DNA from: Calcarisporiella thermophila CBS 279.70
Taxonomy: Eukaryota > Fungi > Calcarisporiellomycota
Reading direction: 5' to 3'
Assembly: GCF_041956535.1 (NCBI RefSeq)
Contig: NW_027192195.1
Span: 1,003,762 to 1,067,761 of the forward strand
DNA length: 64,000 nt
Below the pieces are notes generated by a model. It was not told the origin of the DNA and did not search any database. It saw only the letters and a list, made by a program, of their open reading frames with translations. Shown here one piece after another: positions 1 to 12,520 of the stretch. Within the stretch, counting starts at the first letter, position 1, and each line of letters opens with the position of its first letter. A program made the position numbers and the translations under genes.

Positions 1-36
1 ATCCTTTGTTAGATCCGGCTCGCTTTCGAATATTAC

Positions 37-155
37 CATTCACCCTTGTCGTCATCTCGACGTCCACGGCCCCGCCCACCACGGCCACGACCGCGACCAC
101 GTCCACGTCCAAAGCCACCACGTCCACGACTATCGGCCGGTGCAGTATCAGCCAT
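37..155 (-). CDS. RPS2: 40S ribosomal protein S2 (uS5), first coding exon; gene runs off the left edge
   Basis: Minus strand reads MADTAPADSRGRGGFGRGRGRGRGRGGRGRGRRDDDKGE(W), then a GTAATA donor at 36. An RG-rich N-terminus leading into ...KGEW is typical of uS5. Not in the ORF track. Confidence 0.85.
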
Positions 156-158
156 TTG

Positions 159-288
159 CTATGGATTATAAGACAATGGAGATTAGCCTTGATTGTTCTG
201 GTTTTCATCCGATTTCATTCCATTTCCCCAAGGTCGTCCACTCATCCATTCATCCATCCATCCTCTAAAGCATGCATAGCCTACTCAC
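159..288 (-). other. 5' UTR intron of RPS2
   Basis: GTGAGT donor at 288, CTAAT branch site, and TAG acceptor (161-159) 3 nt before the ATG. Confidence 0.6.
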
Positions 289-411
289 ATAATCCTAAAT
301 CCTTCTTCTTGAGAAAGAGTACGATGTGGAGAAGAAAAAACAGGAGGAACCGCTACTGTCGCACCAGGACCTGCTATTTTCTCCCTCCCCAGTGAGCCGC
401 GCCCTCTGATT

Positions 412-432
412 GGGTTAGGTTTAGATTAGGTT
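412..432. promoter_or_regulatory. Degenerate telomere-like (TTAGG) tandem in the RPS2/TIM10 bidirectional promoter
   Basis: GGGTTAGGTTTAGATTAGGTT lies between the two divergent starts. Confidence 0.4.
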
Positions 433-514
433 TCTCGCGTTTCAACTAAGTAAACAGATAGAAATTCCCTTGATCTCCCTCGATCTCATTTTCTTCGTGT
501 AGGAATAATTTACC

Positions 515-874
515 ATGTCTTTGTTCGGAAATCCATTCGGCGGTGCAAACCAGCAGCAACAAGTTAACCAGGCCAATCTTATGGCTGCTGAGCAGGAGCT
601 CGAAATGATCACGGATCTGTTCAATCGGTAAGTTGGCTTCCCCCCTCGCCGTATCTATTTCTCGCTGTGCCCCGTGGCTCATTGTCTCACTTCTTCCCTC
701 AGTATCGTCGACTCGTGCTTCAAGAAATGCATTCCGCCCAAGTACCACGAGGCCGAACTAAACAAAGGCGAGTCGGTGTGTGTAGACCGATGTGTTGCCA
801 AATTCTTTGCTGCCAACATCAAAGTCGGCGAGAAAATGCAGCAAATGAGCCAGACCAACGCAGGAGGGCGCTGA
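515..874 (+). CDS. TIM10: Mitochondrial IMS small Tim chaperone Tim10 (exons 515-627, 703-874)
   Basis: Spliced product ...[49 protein letters not shown] has a twin CX3C motif; GTAAGT/CAG intron. Confidence 0.93.
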
Positions 875-1254
875 TTTAATCGCCCCTGTTTAAAGAAAAG
901 AGTAGAGTGACATTATTGCCCTTGAATCTTTTGCGTTGTTTTGTGTCGTGTAAGTTTTTTTATGGAGTGTCGCGGTCGTTTATTCTTTTCGGCCTTGTAC
1001 ATATACCTTCCTCCCGCTTTAATGAAGAACATGTGTCCTTTTCTACTCAAAGTGAAAAACAAAAAATAGAATGATTTAGAATGCCATTTTCTAAACAATC
1101 ACTGTTATTTTAAAAATCAATATATTAAAACAAAGAAGAAAAATGAACCAAGAAAAAAAAAACTATCAACATCATGGCAACAGAAAATCCCAAAAATAAA
1201 AATGCCGCAAAATAAAAAGAAATTGAATACAAGTTAACATGATGATTCTCAGCT

Positions 1255-2829
1255 TCAATCCCGACGAGGCATCTTGGATGCAGCCTCTTCTAGATCTCCT
1301 TCGCTGATACCAGCCCTTTTTCGCTTGGATGCGGGAGAGTCAAAGGAATGCATTCGATCTTGCTCATCGGCCTCCTCGTCAAGATCCTCTCTGTCCTCCT
1401 CCTCGTAGTCATCTGCATTCAGATAGGGCTCGTATTCGTCGTCATTGTCATCGAACATTTCCTAGAAGAATTCATTAATAAGCTGGAGAGGACGAAGATG
1501 ATAAAGGCAGGCGTATATTTACATTGGGTTGTTTTAATAGATATTCGAGGCCAACATCCTCCCCCGCATCTTCACCTTCCTCCTCCTCCTCCTCCGCCTC
1601 CTCTTCCTCCTCACCACCTCCATATGCTAAATGCTCTCCCACCACATTTTGTACGGAGAGTACTGTACGTGGTAATCCTTTTGTGCCATGTTGAGGATGG
1701 AGATCCTCTTCGTTATACTCTTCGTTCTCTTCATTCTCCTCATCCTCATCCTCCTCTGTTACACGGTCATCTTCATCGCCTTCTTCCTCTTCCTCCTCAT
1801 CCTCCTCCTCTCCTTCCATAGTCATTCCTTCCTCACCCTCTTCTTCCTCTTCCTCCTCCTCCTCTTCTTCCTCTACTTCACTTTCTCCCGCTTGTATAGA
1901 TACCTCCTCTTCTTCTCCCTCCTCTTCTTCCTCTCCATCCTCATCCTCCCCGTTGTAGCTTACCTGACCTTGGTATCCTAGATACAGTATAAAAATGTGA
2001 TTCGTGTTCAATATCAAATTAGCCTGATATCTATTTACCAATATGACCATTTAATCTCCCCTCATCTTCTTCTACCTCTGCTTCCTCTTCCTCATCCTCC
2101 TCATCTTCTTCCGCCTCCTCTTCTTCATCCTCCTCCTCTTCTTCCTCTACCTCCTCCTCCTCCTCCTCCTCCTCTTCTTCTTCTTCTTCTTCATCACTCT
2201 CATCCTCAGAGTTAACTTCATTTCCGTTTCGATCCTGTTCGTCCAGGGTTGATAATTGAGGGAGCATTGCGAAAACTGCATCTCGATAAGAGGGAGTTCT
2301 TGTAACATCGCACTCTATGAGGCTAAGATGCCGTAAATTAGGAAGCCGTTTCTATCCATTGAAATGTAATAGATTAGTAAATGGAAAGGCCATCAAAAAT
2401 AAGATAATAAGGTGGATGTTACCAGAGGAGCGAGAACTGCCACATCGCTTATTCTATTATTACTCAGATCCAGATGTTTTAGGCTGAAGAGGTTAGCGTT
2501 AGCAAGCGCCTCTAATCCAGCCGCTATTTTATTATCTGCAAGGGATAACTATCAGGATCGTGGTCATGTTCAAAAAGTTAGCATTGTGAAAAAGAAATGG
2601 GATGGTTTTAGACGTGGAAACTCACCCGCCTTAGTCGAGGAAGGTGTGGAAATCCTTCCAAGGAATGGCAATTGACGGAATTCAAGGAGAGCTGCGCGAG
2701 ATTAATGAAGGAATCGAGGGATGCATCCTTGAGAATACTTATTTGAGGAACTTTTAGATTATCGAGGAGAAGTTCACGGACGGACGCAGGGTCCTCGTAT
2801 GAAAGTTCTTCGCGTATGTCGGGATCCAT
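1255..2829 (-). CDS. ANP32-family acidic leucine-rich nuclear protein (ANP32E-like), 5 exons
   Basis: LRRs (VRELLLDN, SLEGFPHLPRLRR, LKHLDLSNNRI), LRR cap YRDAVFAMLPQLSTLD, very long E/D tail, VGLEYLLK motif and C-terminal KRKR NLS. Confidence 0.85.
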
Positions 2830-3372
2830 TGCTTGTAATGAAGAGCGGATTATCGAAAAAATAAAATCGATTCAACAAGAAAAAGAAAATAAAAAAAGCT
2901 TAAACTAATGGTAGTTCTAAATAGGTTAGTAAAACTAAGGATATAAGGCGGCTGTTCTGATCCAATATATAAGCAATGATGTATAGAATTAAAATAATAA
3001 TCTCCCCTCTTTTATCTTTTTTTTTTCCTCCCTCTCTTCCTTTGAAAATGGAGTCCTAAGCCACCTGAAATTTATCCCTCACCCGTATTCAAATATCCGA
3101 AATGAAAATGAAGAATGATAATTAGGAGGTTCTCTATTGATGAAGTGGGGGGGAGGGGGAAATAGCAAGTCGTGGAGAATGTAAGTGTCCCATGAAGATT
3201 AATGCAATAAGAAAACTACTAAAACGAAAAGTAAAGAAAAGAATAATTATAAGAATAGAATAAAAAAATGTTCCATTAAATTCCTCTAACATAACCGAAA
3301 GAAATAAGGTAATCGATGCTAGGATGAATGAGTCCAATAGGCCCCGGCCGAGGAATAGATGCAATACGTGTA

Positions 3373-4615
3373 TCATGCTTTTTCGCGCGGTCCTGCCGCC
3401 TCGACGTCCACCGAATAACGCTGAAGCATCTCTAACGAACTAGGACTCTCGCTTTTCTCAAAGTGTTTTTCCTTTCTACTCCTGCTTCTTGCAATATGCC
3501 TCACGCCCTCAGTAAAGGACCGCGACCGAGTCAGGAACTCTCGCGAAAATTGCCGCATTCGATGGGTGCACTCTTCGCCAAACCCCATCTCGACGTATCC
3601 GCCGCTGCACAGCTCAGGGAATCTCGCGTAAAACTCGGAATATCCCCCCGCGAGGATGTACACCTCAGGGCAGTTCAGCAATGGGTATCGGGTGGAATTG
3701 AGCTTCCTATCCAAATTGCGCAAATAAAGGGCCATCCTTGGGGCTCGGTGCACGGAGAACTCGCAGTGAAATACGAGCAGGGTGCGATTCGAGGACGAGG
3801 TTCGAAGCAATTCCTCCAGCTCGTCGCGGGTGTTGAAGTTGACGGCGCCTTGAATGTGGCCGCCCATGTATTCGTACGGGAAACGGCAGTCCACGACGAG
3901 ATGGGTATCGTATTTCGATGCATACTCGCCTTTCAGCAACTTGACCAACTACCCACCCCCCCAATAAGAGCCGTTAGCAATCCTCGGGTTCAGCCTAAAC
4001 ACTAGACCAAAAAAATACGTACTGTTTCGGGAGCTATCCGCTTAATGGCATCGTGCTTGACACTGCTACAAGGCAGCACTTGGCATTCCATCAATTCGTC
4101 AGAGTCTACAAGGCTTTGTGTTCGGCGGCAAACCAGTTTCTCCACTGGATCAATGTCAGGCCCCGCATACGAATGCGCTCTCGTTAACTTAAGGTCGTCG
4201 GTCTCCGCTTCTCCGGGCGCCTGGAGCTCTTGGCAGTTGTCTATTTCGTTTTCAAGCCAAGACCAGGTTTTCCACTGTGCATTCAAATCCCTAAGCCCAT
4301 CCAGCTCCTTCAGGAATACATTCAAGACAGTTGAAAATGAGTGATTCACACAAACCTGGTAAAGAATCTGTGTCTCGGAGCAAAGATATCATCCTCGCTA
4401 CACCTCTTTTTTCCGCGCAGCGCAAGAGGATATGAGAGCGGAGAGGAGGGGGGGTCTTCGGCGGCGGTGGACGATGCTAGAGGGGGCGGAGGAAACGAGA
4501 AATAATCCTCCGGCTCCTCGTCGACGGTGGGGAGAAATTGAGAGGCAGTGGACAGGAAGTAGTCGGCGTTGAATGGAGTGCGCAGTGAGCATGGCGACGA
4601 CACAACGGCCTCCAT
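3373..4615 (-). CDS. cdc25: M-phase inducer phosphatase Cdc25/Mih1 (3 exons)
   Basis: Rhodanese-fold motifs VDCRFPYEYMGGHI, catalytic HCEFSVHRAPRM and EVYILAGGYSEF. Confidence 0.92.
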
Positions 4616-5665
4616 TAGGGGTTGATTGATTGGTATGGATAAGAAAGTGGCGATTGGGAGGGGGAAGCGGCGGGAGAGCTGCAGAAGAGAAGAGAGGCCA
4701 AGAGACTAAGAAAGCAGGAGAGCCAGGCTAAGCAAAAGAGGATCCATATAACGGGGGGAGAAGGCGGGCTGGAGGAGACGGGAGACAAGGGAGAGCAGCT
4801 GAACAACGGGCGCTGAAATAAAGGGAAATAAGGATAAAGAGCTCAGTAGCCTAAAATATTTCTGCTGGAATTAGCAGAGAGATCGCCCAATCCGGATGCA
4901 TCATTGGCCACTCATTATTGCTCCAACCTTCTTTAGCCTTCTCAGACAGAGACGGCACAAGAACACAAGAAGAAAACAAACCCTCGAGCCCCCATTCACC
5001 GCCCCACGGCCGTCTCCCAGCCCTCTGCAGGCGTCGCCATCGCCCTCGGCCCCCTCTTGGCCGCCGGCGGTCGGCGGCGGCTTGACGCTCATGCAGTGTT
5101 TGACACGCGGGAAATAAAAAAAGGGCTCATGCTTGACGCAGTCATGGAAGGGAAATCAATTTAGAATCTCACCGGCATTTTGGCGGGCGGCACGTTAGCA
5201 TTTATTTATTAGCAGCATGAACAATTTCATCCTCCCTAGCCACCGCGAAGGAATACGAGGCAAACAAAAGGGAAAAGCCCACGATGAGGTGCGTAACGTA
5301 CAAGCATTGTGCCGATTGCTCGAATCAAATAAATTGCGCACAGCGGGCCGCGGGGAAATGGCGATACACCAGATGTGCTGGAAAACGACTTGCCCGCGCA
5401 CAGCTATGTTTGGCCGGCCACAAGAGCAACCCAGACACCTGCACAAGGGGCTCCGGTGCCCCCCTTGCAATCCCACCCTCAGGTCCGGCCGGAATGCTTC
5501 CTCGCAGCCTGCCTTCAGCAGGTTGTCTGCGAAGACCCATTGCTGCTCTCTTCAATCTGCTTTTTTGTTGTAGGAAAGATTGCGCATTGCCTCTGCGGGC
5601 TTCGTTTGCCTTTGTTTATTATTTAAGATATAAAGAATACATACAGTGGAGTGCATTGCGGATAG

Positions 5666-6899
5666 CTAGTCTATAGGCGGCCGACTCAGCAGCGAGAGCA
5701 GCTGGCCATCCCCCTCAAGCAACCCCTCGAACCCGCGCTGAGCCACCTTCTTTCCCGCCAGCGCGCAGGCAAACTCCAGCGACTTTAGCACCCCCAAACC
5801 CTGTGTCATGCCCAGGATGATGCCCGCAGTAAAGGTATCGCCTGCCCCGATCGAATCCACCGCCTGCGGCACCTTTTGGGCTGGGACGTGCGTGATTTGG
5901 GCGTGGTGAATGGCGGTGGCGCCGTCTGCGCCCCAAGTGCAGAAGGCGATACAGCTAGAAGTTGAACACAACCGCACGTGAAGTAGCAAGTCAACACGAT
6001 GAATCGCACAACCTACCCTGGCTTTAGCCTGGATGCCGCCGATCTGAGAAAGTCTGCTGCGTTGGAAAAACCGAGCGACTGCGCGTATATCTTCGAGAAA
6101 AACACCACGTCTGCCTATTTGGCGGAGGGTGCAAGGGGGAATAGGAGTGAGCCAGAACAGCGGTGAGGTACGGGATACAAGGGTCATTCGGTTACCAGCT
6201 CGAGCATTCCGTGGATTCCCTCGCGGCCCGGTTTCTCGCATTCCACGCTGATGACGGCAGGCATCTCTCCCCCCTCTCTTCTCCGATCATCTACCCACCG
6301 TAAGAACTTTGCAGTCTCCTCACAGTTCCGCCCCTCACAGTGAATCCATTGGAAAGGTGTCCCAGTATCTAGATATTGTGATCTCATTTCCTCAAACGTC
6401 AGGTTTGGCACGTCATTATAGTTGACGATGGTCCGCGAGCCGGTTGCGCCGCTGTGAATGATGTACGAGGAGGGGATCGAGGGATGCTCCTCGTGAAACA
6501 GGATGGCTGAGGTGTTGATCCCATGCTGCGAGAAAGTATCTAGCACGCGTCTTCATATGGATGCCAGCAATAGAACCAGAATTACGAACTGCATTGGTCC
6601 GTATTGAGAGGCATAAGAAAATAAGTTTACCTGCAAACATCCTTACGTCCCAGCGCCACCATTAACCAGCCCGAAATATTCTTGAATTGCGAAAGCACGA
6701 ACAGTGTATTAACGACATTGCCACCTATTCGTTCTTCACGATGGGTGGCTGCCAATTTGGTATCTTCTGCCGGGAAAAAGGGTGTATGAAGAATCACGTC
6801 CATCTAATGGAAAAGCGTGAGTCGCAGCGAGATGTCAGGCCATAATTCCACTTTTACATAGAGGGCGCCTACGAAGAGTATGTTAGGTGTGTCTACCAT
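5666..6899 (-). CDS. PfkB-family carbohydrate kinase, ketohexokinase-like (multi-exon)
   Basis: ATG at 6899 (MVDTPNILFVGALY|MDVIL...FPAEDTK...IGGNVVNTL), GSRTIVNYN, WIHCEGRN, SVECEKPGRE, and PfkB signature VDSIGAGDTF. Confidence 0.85.
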
Positions 6900-7187
6900 G
6901 GGAGTCATCAGCTTTTACTGTTCCAAATGCAACGCTGCGTCTAATCAAAAAAAACATGAAGTGCTCAATAAAACAGAGATGCACTATGGATCGATATGAG
7001 AGATTTCAGAAATATATCAGATTAATCCGGGGCTCTTCCCTGTTGGGTAGTTCAACTAGATCATGAATAGGATCAACATCCATTTTCATATATAAATCAT
7101 CAAGAGAATGCTAAAATATTGTATTTCTAATCAATAAGCAACACAGCGCGGAAGTATTAAACATGACAATTTTTTTTTTCGGGTGGT

Positions 7188-7673
7188 TTAATTGACGCTC
7201 ACTCCGTGGACGCGTAGATCATCTTTCGCGGCACGAATTTCCTGTGGATTCATTAATAGGGTTCATGTTCAGTTTTAAAAATAGCCCGAGGCGAGTATTT
7301 GAATAAACGCATTTCTATTCACCTCCATAAGCTCTTGGTAAGCCTCGGGACAGTCGCTAAATGTCATAACATGAAGACCGAGCGTTCCAAGGGAGTACGC
7401 GCCAAATGTCACTAGGGACCACCAAGGGAGCTATTGTAATTAAATTAGAACACACGATCAGAAAAGAGAGCGGAGGGCCAAATAACCGGATTCACGGAAA
7501 CTGGAAGCCTTCACTTGGAATAGTTCAGTGAGGAATTCTAGTTTAGTTCTACTTACATATGGTAAAATTTCATCATGAATTAGTTTTGGGTGTGGGATGA
7601 TATTGAAGACAAGTGCAAAATAAACAACAAAAACAGTGCCAAAAAACGTGAGCGCTTCTGTTGCTCTTGTCAT
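7188..7673 (-). CDS. DPM3: Dolichol-phosphate mannosyltransferase subunit 3 (3 exons)
   Basis: MTRATEALTF...ILPY|LPWWSLVTFGAYSLGTLGLHVMTFSDCPEAYQELME|EIRAAKDDLRVHGVSVN*. Confidence 0.88.
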
Positions 7674-7936
7674 CTTGGGCTTTAATCTAGATGTGAAGGA
7701 GATCGACAGGTAAAGCTCGCGAATTTTCAAAGTTATTCCCCGTATTGCTGACGTCATTATTAACCGACAAGGTCTTCAAGATGACCATGGGGATCACATT
7801 CGAGACAAACAAAGATAGGGGGACGATCGAGTAAAAGAAGATGGCGTGTTTATTCCAGTTTATACAGTGTATCCATTGAACGGGTCGAAATAGAAAAGAG
7901 CACAATAAATAGGTTGGTAAAATAGAATCTCAGTTA

Positions 7937-8687
7937 CTATATTTTTATATCAAAACTGACGCCACAGCCGCATCCTTGAGTTGCATTTGGGTTTTCAACG
8001 AGTTGGAACTGTGACCCGATCAGCTCTTGCGTGAAATCTATTTTAGAACCATTAATGAGAGAGAGAGACATTTCATCCACTATGACGCGTGCACCATTAT
8101 TCTCAAAGACCCTAGAGCGGAAGAGCGGAGTTAGTACATCTCCTCTACAAGACCTCATCCTTCACTAAGATATTTACGCATCCTGGTCTTCCACCTGATC
8201 CGAGAGCTCGAACCGCACTTGAAATCCATGACATCCTCCCGATTCGACAAGGACCCGTAGCATTTGATTGGTTGTATTTTCTTTTTTGTTGATATCCAAA
8301 AGCCGCTAGAGTCGAGCAATGACAGAGTTAGCAAGAGAAGCATCAGGTGAAAATGATTATAAAAAATGGAAGATCAACAATGTCAAGTTAACACGGAAAA
8401 TCGGGAAAGAAATCGATTGCTCGAAATCTCGAATCAAAGAATAGAAAATGTACCTGAGCAGCCCGATCGGTGATGTCGAGTGTCATTACTTTTCCACTCT
8501 CATCGATCTGAGGTCTCTTGATCGATGTTGCATATAATCGAGAGGTAAAGGTAGATGGTAATCGGAGGGGTGAATAAAAGTTGGATGAAGAGGAGGTAGA
8601 AGGAGGAGCGGCTATACGTTGTGGCATTCTAACAAAAGTGCGGCCACATGCGTGGCATCCCGAACGGTATAACAGAGATCGGAGCAT
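7937..8687 (-). CDS. ISA2: Mitochondrial iron-sulfur cluster assembly protein Isa2 (3 exons)
   Basis: Presequence-like N-terminus, SGGCHGFQV, and C-terminal GCGCGVSF of the IscA/HesB family. Confidence 0.88.
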
Positions 8688-8880
8688 GAGTAACGAAAGC
8701 GATCAGGAATAGGGAGAGTCTGGAAAGTGGAGTCAGGTCATTCAAAGGTGGTTCCGAAAATGACTTGCGGTCAAAATCGGAGTGACTTTCATTCGATACG
8801 TCATCACCTCTTCTCGCTACCATCAACAAGGTGCCCTCGAATTTTGTTTTCCCTTTGTTTTTCAAGAAAATTAAAATACA

Positions 8881-9202
8881 ATGTCGGCAGGCAGTGAGCT
8901 CGACGAGCAATCTCAGCGTGAACTCGCCAAATTCCTCGAGAACGAAAATGCAAAACTTCGTCTCCAAAACTCGATTCACACTTTTACCGACATGTGCTGG
9001 GACAAGTGCATCACTAAAGTAAATTTCAGAATGGAATCATTTTCGCTCTCTCTTGCTTGGCTAATTTAACTTGGGGATATCGTAGGTTGGAAATCGCCTA
9101 GAAAGGAATGACGAGACTTGCCTGACCAACTGCGTTGAGCGCTTCCTCGACACAAGCCTGTTCATCGTGCGCCGGCTGGAGGAGATGCGAAACCAGATCT
9201 AA
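8881..9202 (+). CDS. TIM8: Mitochondrial IMS small Tim chaperone Tim8 (2 exons)
   Basis: ELAKFLENENAKLRLQNSIHTFTDMCWDKCITK|VGNRLERNDETCLTNCVERFLDTS, twin CX3C. Confidence 0.92.
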
Positions 9203-9642
9203 GCTGCCCATCGATTCAGCAAGTCAAAATGGTTTTCATTTTATAAATGAGGGCATGGGAGAGATGCTATCGTTCCTCCTTTCTCGTTTTATTTTATGAT
9301 CCACCCTCCCACTCGGACTTTTCTTTCGCTTTATGCTATCAAATCTTTTTTTTTCTATTTTCACACTTTTTATTATTATCCTTTGTGCTAAAACATAAAT
9401 TCCTGTTTAGACTGGGCAAACTTTTCCTCTGTGAAGTATTTCTACTTGCATGGGGATTTGTTCAAATGACATTAGTCAGAGTATCCTCATATAATGTACC
9501 TAAACATCTTTAGGTTTGTCTGAAGAACCTTAGTTTCTCTGCCAATCCTACCATCTCTAGAAAGATTCATTTACGCGTCTGGGTGTTTACTTTCGTTTTT
9601 CTAACCAGCATTCTACAGGATAAAGGAGGGTAGATGGCTGTG

Positions 9643-10300
9643 AGGGGGCTCGCGATCTCGATACTCATGTTATCTCGTTGGAAACCGAGAAATGAGAATA
9701 TGGAAAGTGTTATCCTACGGTACCGATAATTTGGATATCCTCAGATAGCCATTAATAGTTACGACTGCTTTTTTTTTTCAGGTGGGCCTTGATGCCGCTG
9801 GCAAGACTACCATTCTTTACAAACTTAATCATGGAGAGATTGTGTCTATTATCCCTCGACAAGTTAACCAGCCTCTTATTTTAAAGGCCAGACGTTGAAT
9901 TGAATATTACCTCTTGGTGTTCTGATTATCAGGCTTCAATTTCGAAGCTGTTGAATATCTTTCCTTTATAATCTGAGATGTAGGGGGCCAGGAAAAAATT
10001 CGCCCACTCTGGACCCATTATTTCCAAAATATCTAAAGCATTATCATGGTGTTGGATTCAAATGATCGGTAACGTATTGGCGAGGCGCGTGAAGAGCTAT
10101 TGCGTATTCTGAATCAGAGTGAATGGCGAGATGCTCTCCTTCCCGTATTTGCAAATAAACAGGTAGTACCGAATGCAATGAATTCCACGGAAATCACCGA
10201 CAAATTAGACCATCATTCATTCATAGTGCTGGCGGCATGAGTATATTCAAGCCACCCGTGCGACTAGTGGTGAGGGGCTCTACGTGGGTTAGCGGACATG
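9643..10300 (+). pseudogene. Unprocessed ADP-ribosylation factor (ARF1-like) pseudogene
   Basis: [47 protein letters not shown] and ATSGEGLY are recognisable. In-frame stops at 9974, 10034 and 10070; start codon appears as AGG; intron remnants are retained. Confidence 0.9.
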
Positions 10301-10934
10301 AGCCGAGGTATTGAAGCAAAGCAGGCGCGCAATCTGTTTATTTTTTGCATATACATCTTGAGTGGCTCCCGTCGAATCGAGGACGTTAAGCCATAACGCT
10401 ATGCACCATTAATATTTTATTCGTCAAAGGCAAAAACAATCTGATACCACTTCGATAAGATAGATCAAAAATGGTCTATAGAATTGCCAATCTATGGAAA
10501 TCATAATTTCCAAATTTCGACTCGTTCCAATACCATTTAAAAGGATGCTGTCCTTGGACACAGATGAAGTATATCAGGGCCCTCCAACCTATCATTTCCT
10601 GGTTTCTTTCCCTTCGGAGCTAGGCCAGCGACTCCTCATGCCATCTCTTTCCCTTAGTTTTTCCGGCTCACCCCAACCTTCTTTTCTTATCAATTTACCT
10701 CTTGGTGAAACATATACATGGCAACATTAATAATATTAAAATTAACACGTCATATTTGAACGTGAGAAATTACAGGAGGGCGGTCCAATTGCATGTTTAC
10801 CTTGGAAAATTTTTCAACATAGAATCATAATATCTCTTATACTTTTTTTTCCCTCTTATTTGCCTCAACCCTTCGACATATTGCTATTTTTCTCACACTA
10901 ATTTATTCCTCCAACATAAATCTTATCCTCGGCA

Positions 10935-11824
10935 ATGACTATGGAACCTATTAACAAGGAAAGCGTCAAAGAAACAGACCATGGCCATCAAATGTTGGTC
11001 AAACGACAATTAGACTCAAGATGCTCCTCTCCCTTCTCCCGCGTGGATTCTCCCATTGACCTGGACGGCCTTAGTTGGCCAAGTAAGCCTCTAGCCCCCA
11101 CCTATTAATAAGCATGAGTATGACGTTAACCTTCTTTATTGATAAGGCGTCGGAACGAGAGAGCGCTTGGAGGAATCCCCGGAACAGCGTGCTGAACGCA
11201 CCCGCAAAATTGCAGACGCTGTGCGCACCATTCTCACTTGCCTTGGTGAAGATCCAGAGCGGGAGGGTCTCCTCAAGACCCCTGAACGATATGCCGAGGC
11301 CCTTTTGTTTTTCTCTCGGGGCTACGAGCAGAACCTCACCCAGGTCCTGAATAGTGCGGTATTTGACGAAGACCACGATGAGATGGTCATTGTGCGCAAT
11401 GTAGAGGTGTTTTCCCTCTGTGAGCATCATATGGTTCCATTCACTGGGCGTGTGCATATTGGATACATTCCAAATAGAAAAGTGGTTGGACTAAGTAAGC
11501 TTGCCCGAATTGCGGAAATGTTCAGTAGGAGATTGCAAGTGCAAGAGCGCATGACAAAACAAATTGCAACCTCGTTGATGGAAGTACTAAAACCTCAAGG
11601 TGTTGCCGTTGTGATGGAGGCCTCGTAAGTATTTCGTTTCATCCCACCTATCCTTTCTCTCCTTCGAGCCATAGTCTTATTTGGTATATTTACGCAGGCA
11701 CTTGTGCATGGTCATGCGCGGCGTTCAGAAACCGGGCAGCACCACCATCACCAGCTGCATGATGGGCGTGTTTAGGACAGATCCTCGAACTCGCGAAGAA
11801 TTCATGACTCATATTCGCGGTTAA
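10935..11824 (+). CDS. FOL2: GTP cyclohydrolase I (exons 10935-11082, 11147-11624, 11698-11824)
   Basis: [55 protein letters not shown]. Confidence 0.96.
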
Positions 11825-12520
11825 AATGAATATTATATCAGCAAAATGATCAAAAAAAAATCATCGAGAGATCATTTTATAGATGTGTTGCACCATGTAT
11901 CATATATACTCTTTGTCCTTTTTCTTCCGTTGAAGAGCGATTCATGTATTTTATCTTTATCTATTCTCAATTTGTTCAACAAGACTCTATCTGGTCAGCA
12001 TCCCCCCATTTTTGACAGGAAACGCCCTAGAAATGGGCTGTTTAGGTTACAAAAAATTTTACACAAGGTTTTCAGTGCTGAGTGAGATTCCAGGTTAAGT
12101 CTTAAGTGTGTTAAGAAATAACATGGGCTAAGACTTTATCGGACACGGCGGAAACTTTTCACCTTGGTTACAAATAGTGCATCCTTACTCTTGCAAAACC
12201 TCACGAACTGGGGGGGGGGTTCCAATTCCGTTTCATATAATCAGATTTCACCCCCGGCTTAAAGTCTGACTCAAAGTGAACAGTACTGAGGATCGCGATT
12301 TTTTTTTGCCTAGAGATACCCTTCTATGAATTCAGGCACTCTATGGAGTCTGTATTATGGCTCTGCGTTGATTAAATTAAAATACAAATTCGAACTCAGG
12401 GGATAATCTAAACTCTCGTGATCAATATTATAGAATTGAGAAGCAAGTTATATTCAACCTATATGGCGTCAGATTGGTAAGAGCAATTGGCGTCCTAGGA
12501 CGATATGTACAATAGCAGCA

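Noticed and set aside
6-395. 129-aa Thr-rich plus-strand ORF
   Set aside because: Antisense to the RG repeats of RPS2 and its 5' UTR intron.
1348-2215. Plus-strand Pro/Leu/Phe-rich ORFs
   Set aside because: Antisense translations of the GAG/GAA-rich acidic tail of the ANP32 gene.
515-9202. Mitochondrial cluster or tandem duplication (TIM10, ISA2, TIM8)
   Set aside because: Tim8 and Tim10 are ancient paralogs separated by unrelated genes; proximity alone is not informative.
9974-10072. In-frame stops in the ARF-like sequence as selenocysteine or codon reassignment
   Set aside because: Mixed TGA and TAA at Trp, Gln and Glu positions, plus frameshifts and a lost start; TAA and TGA terminate normal genes here.
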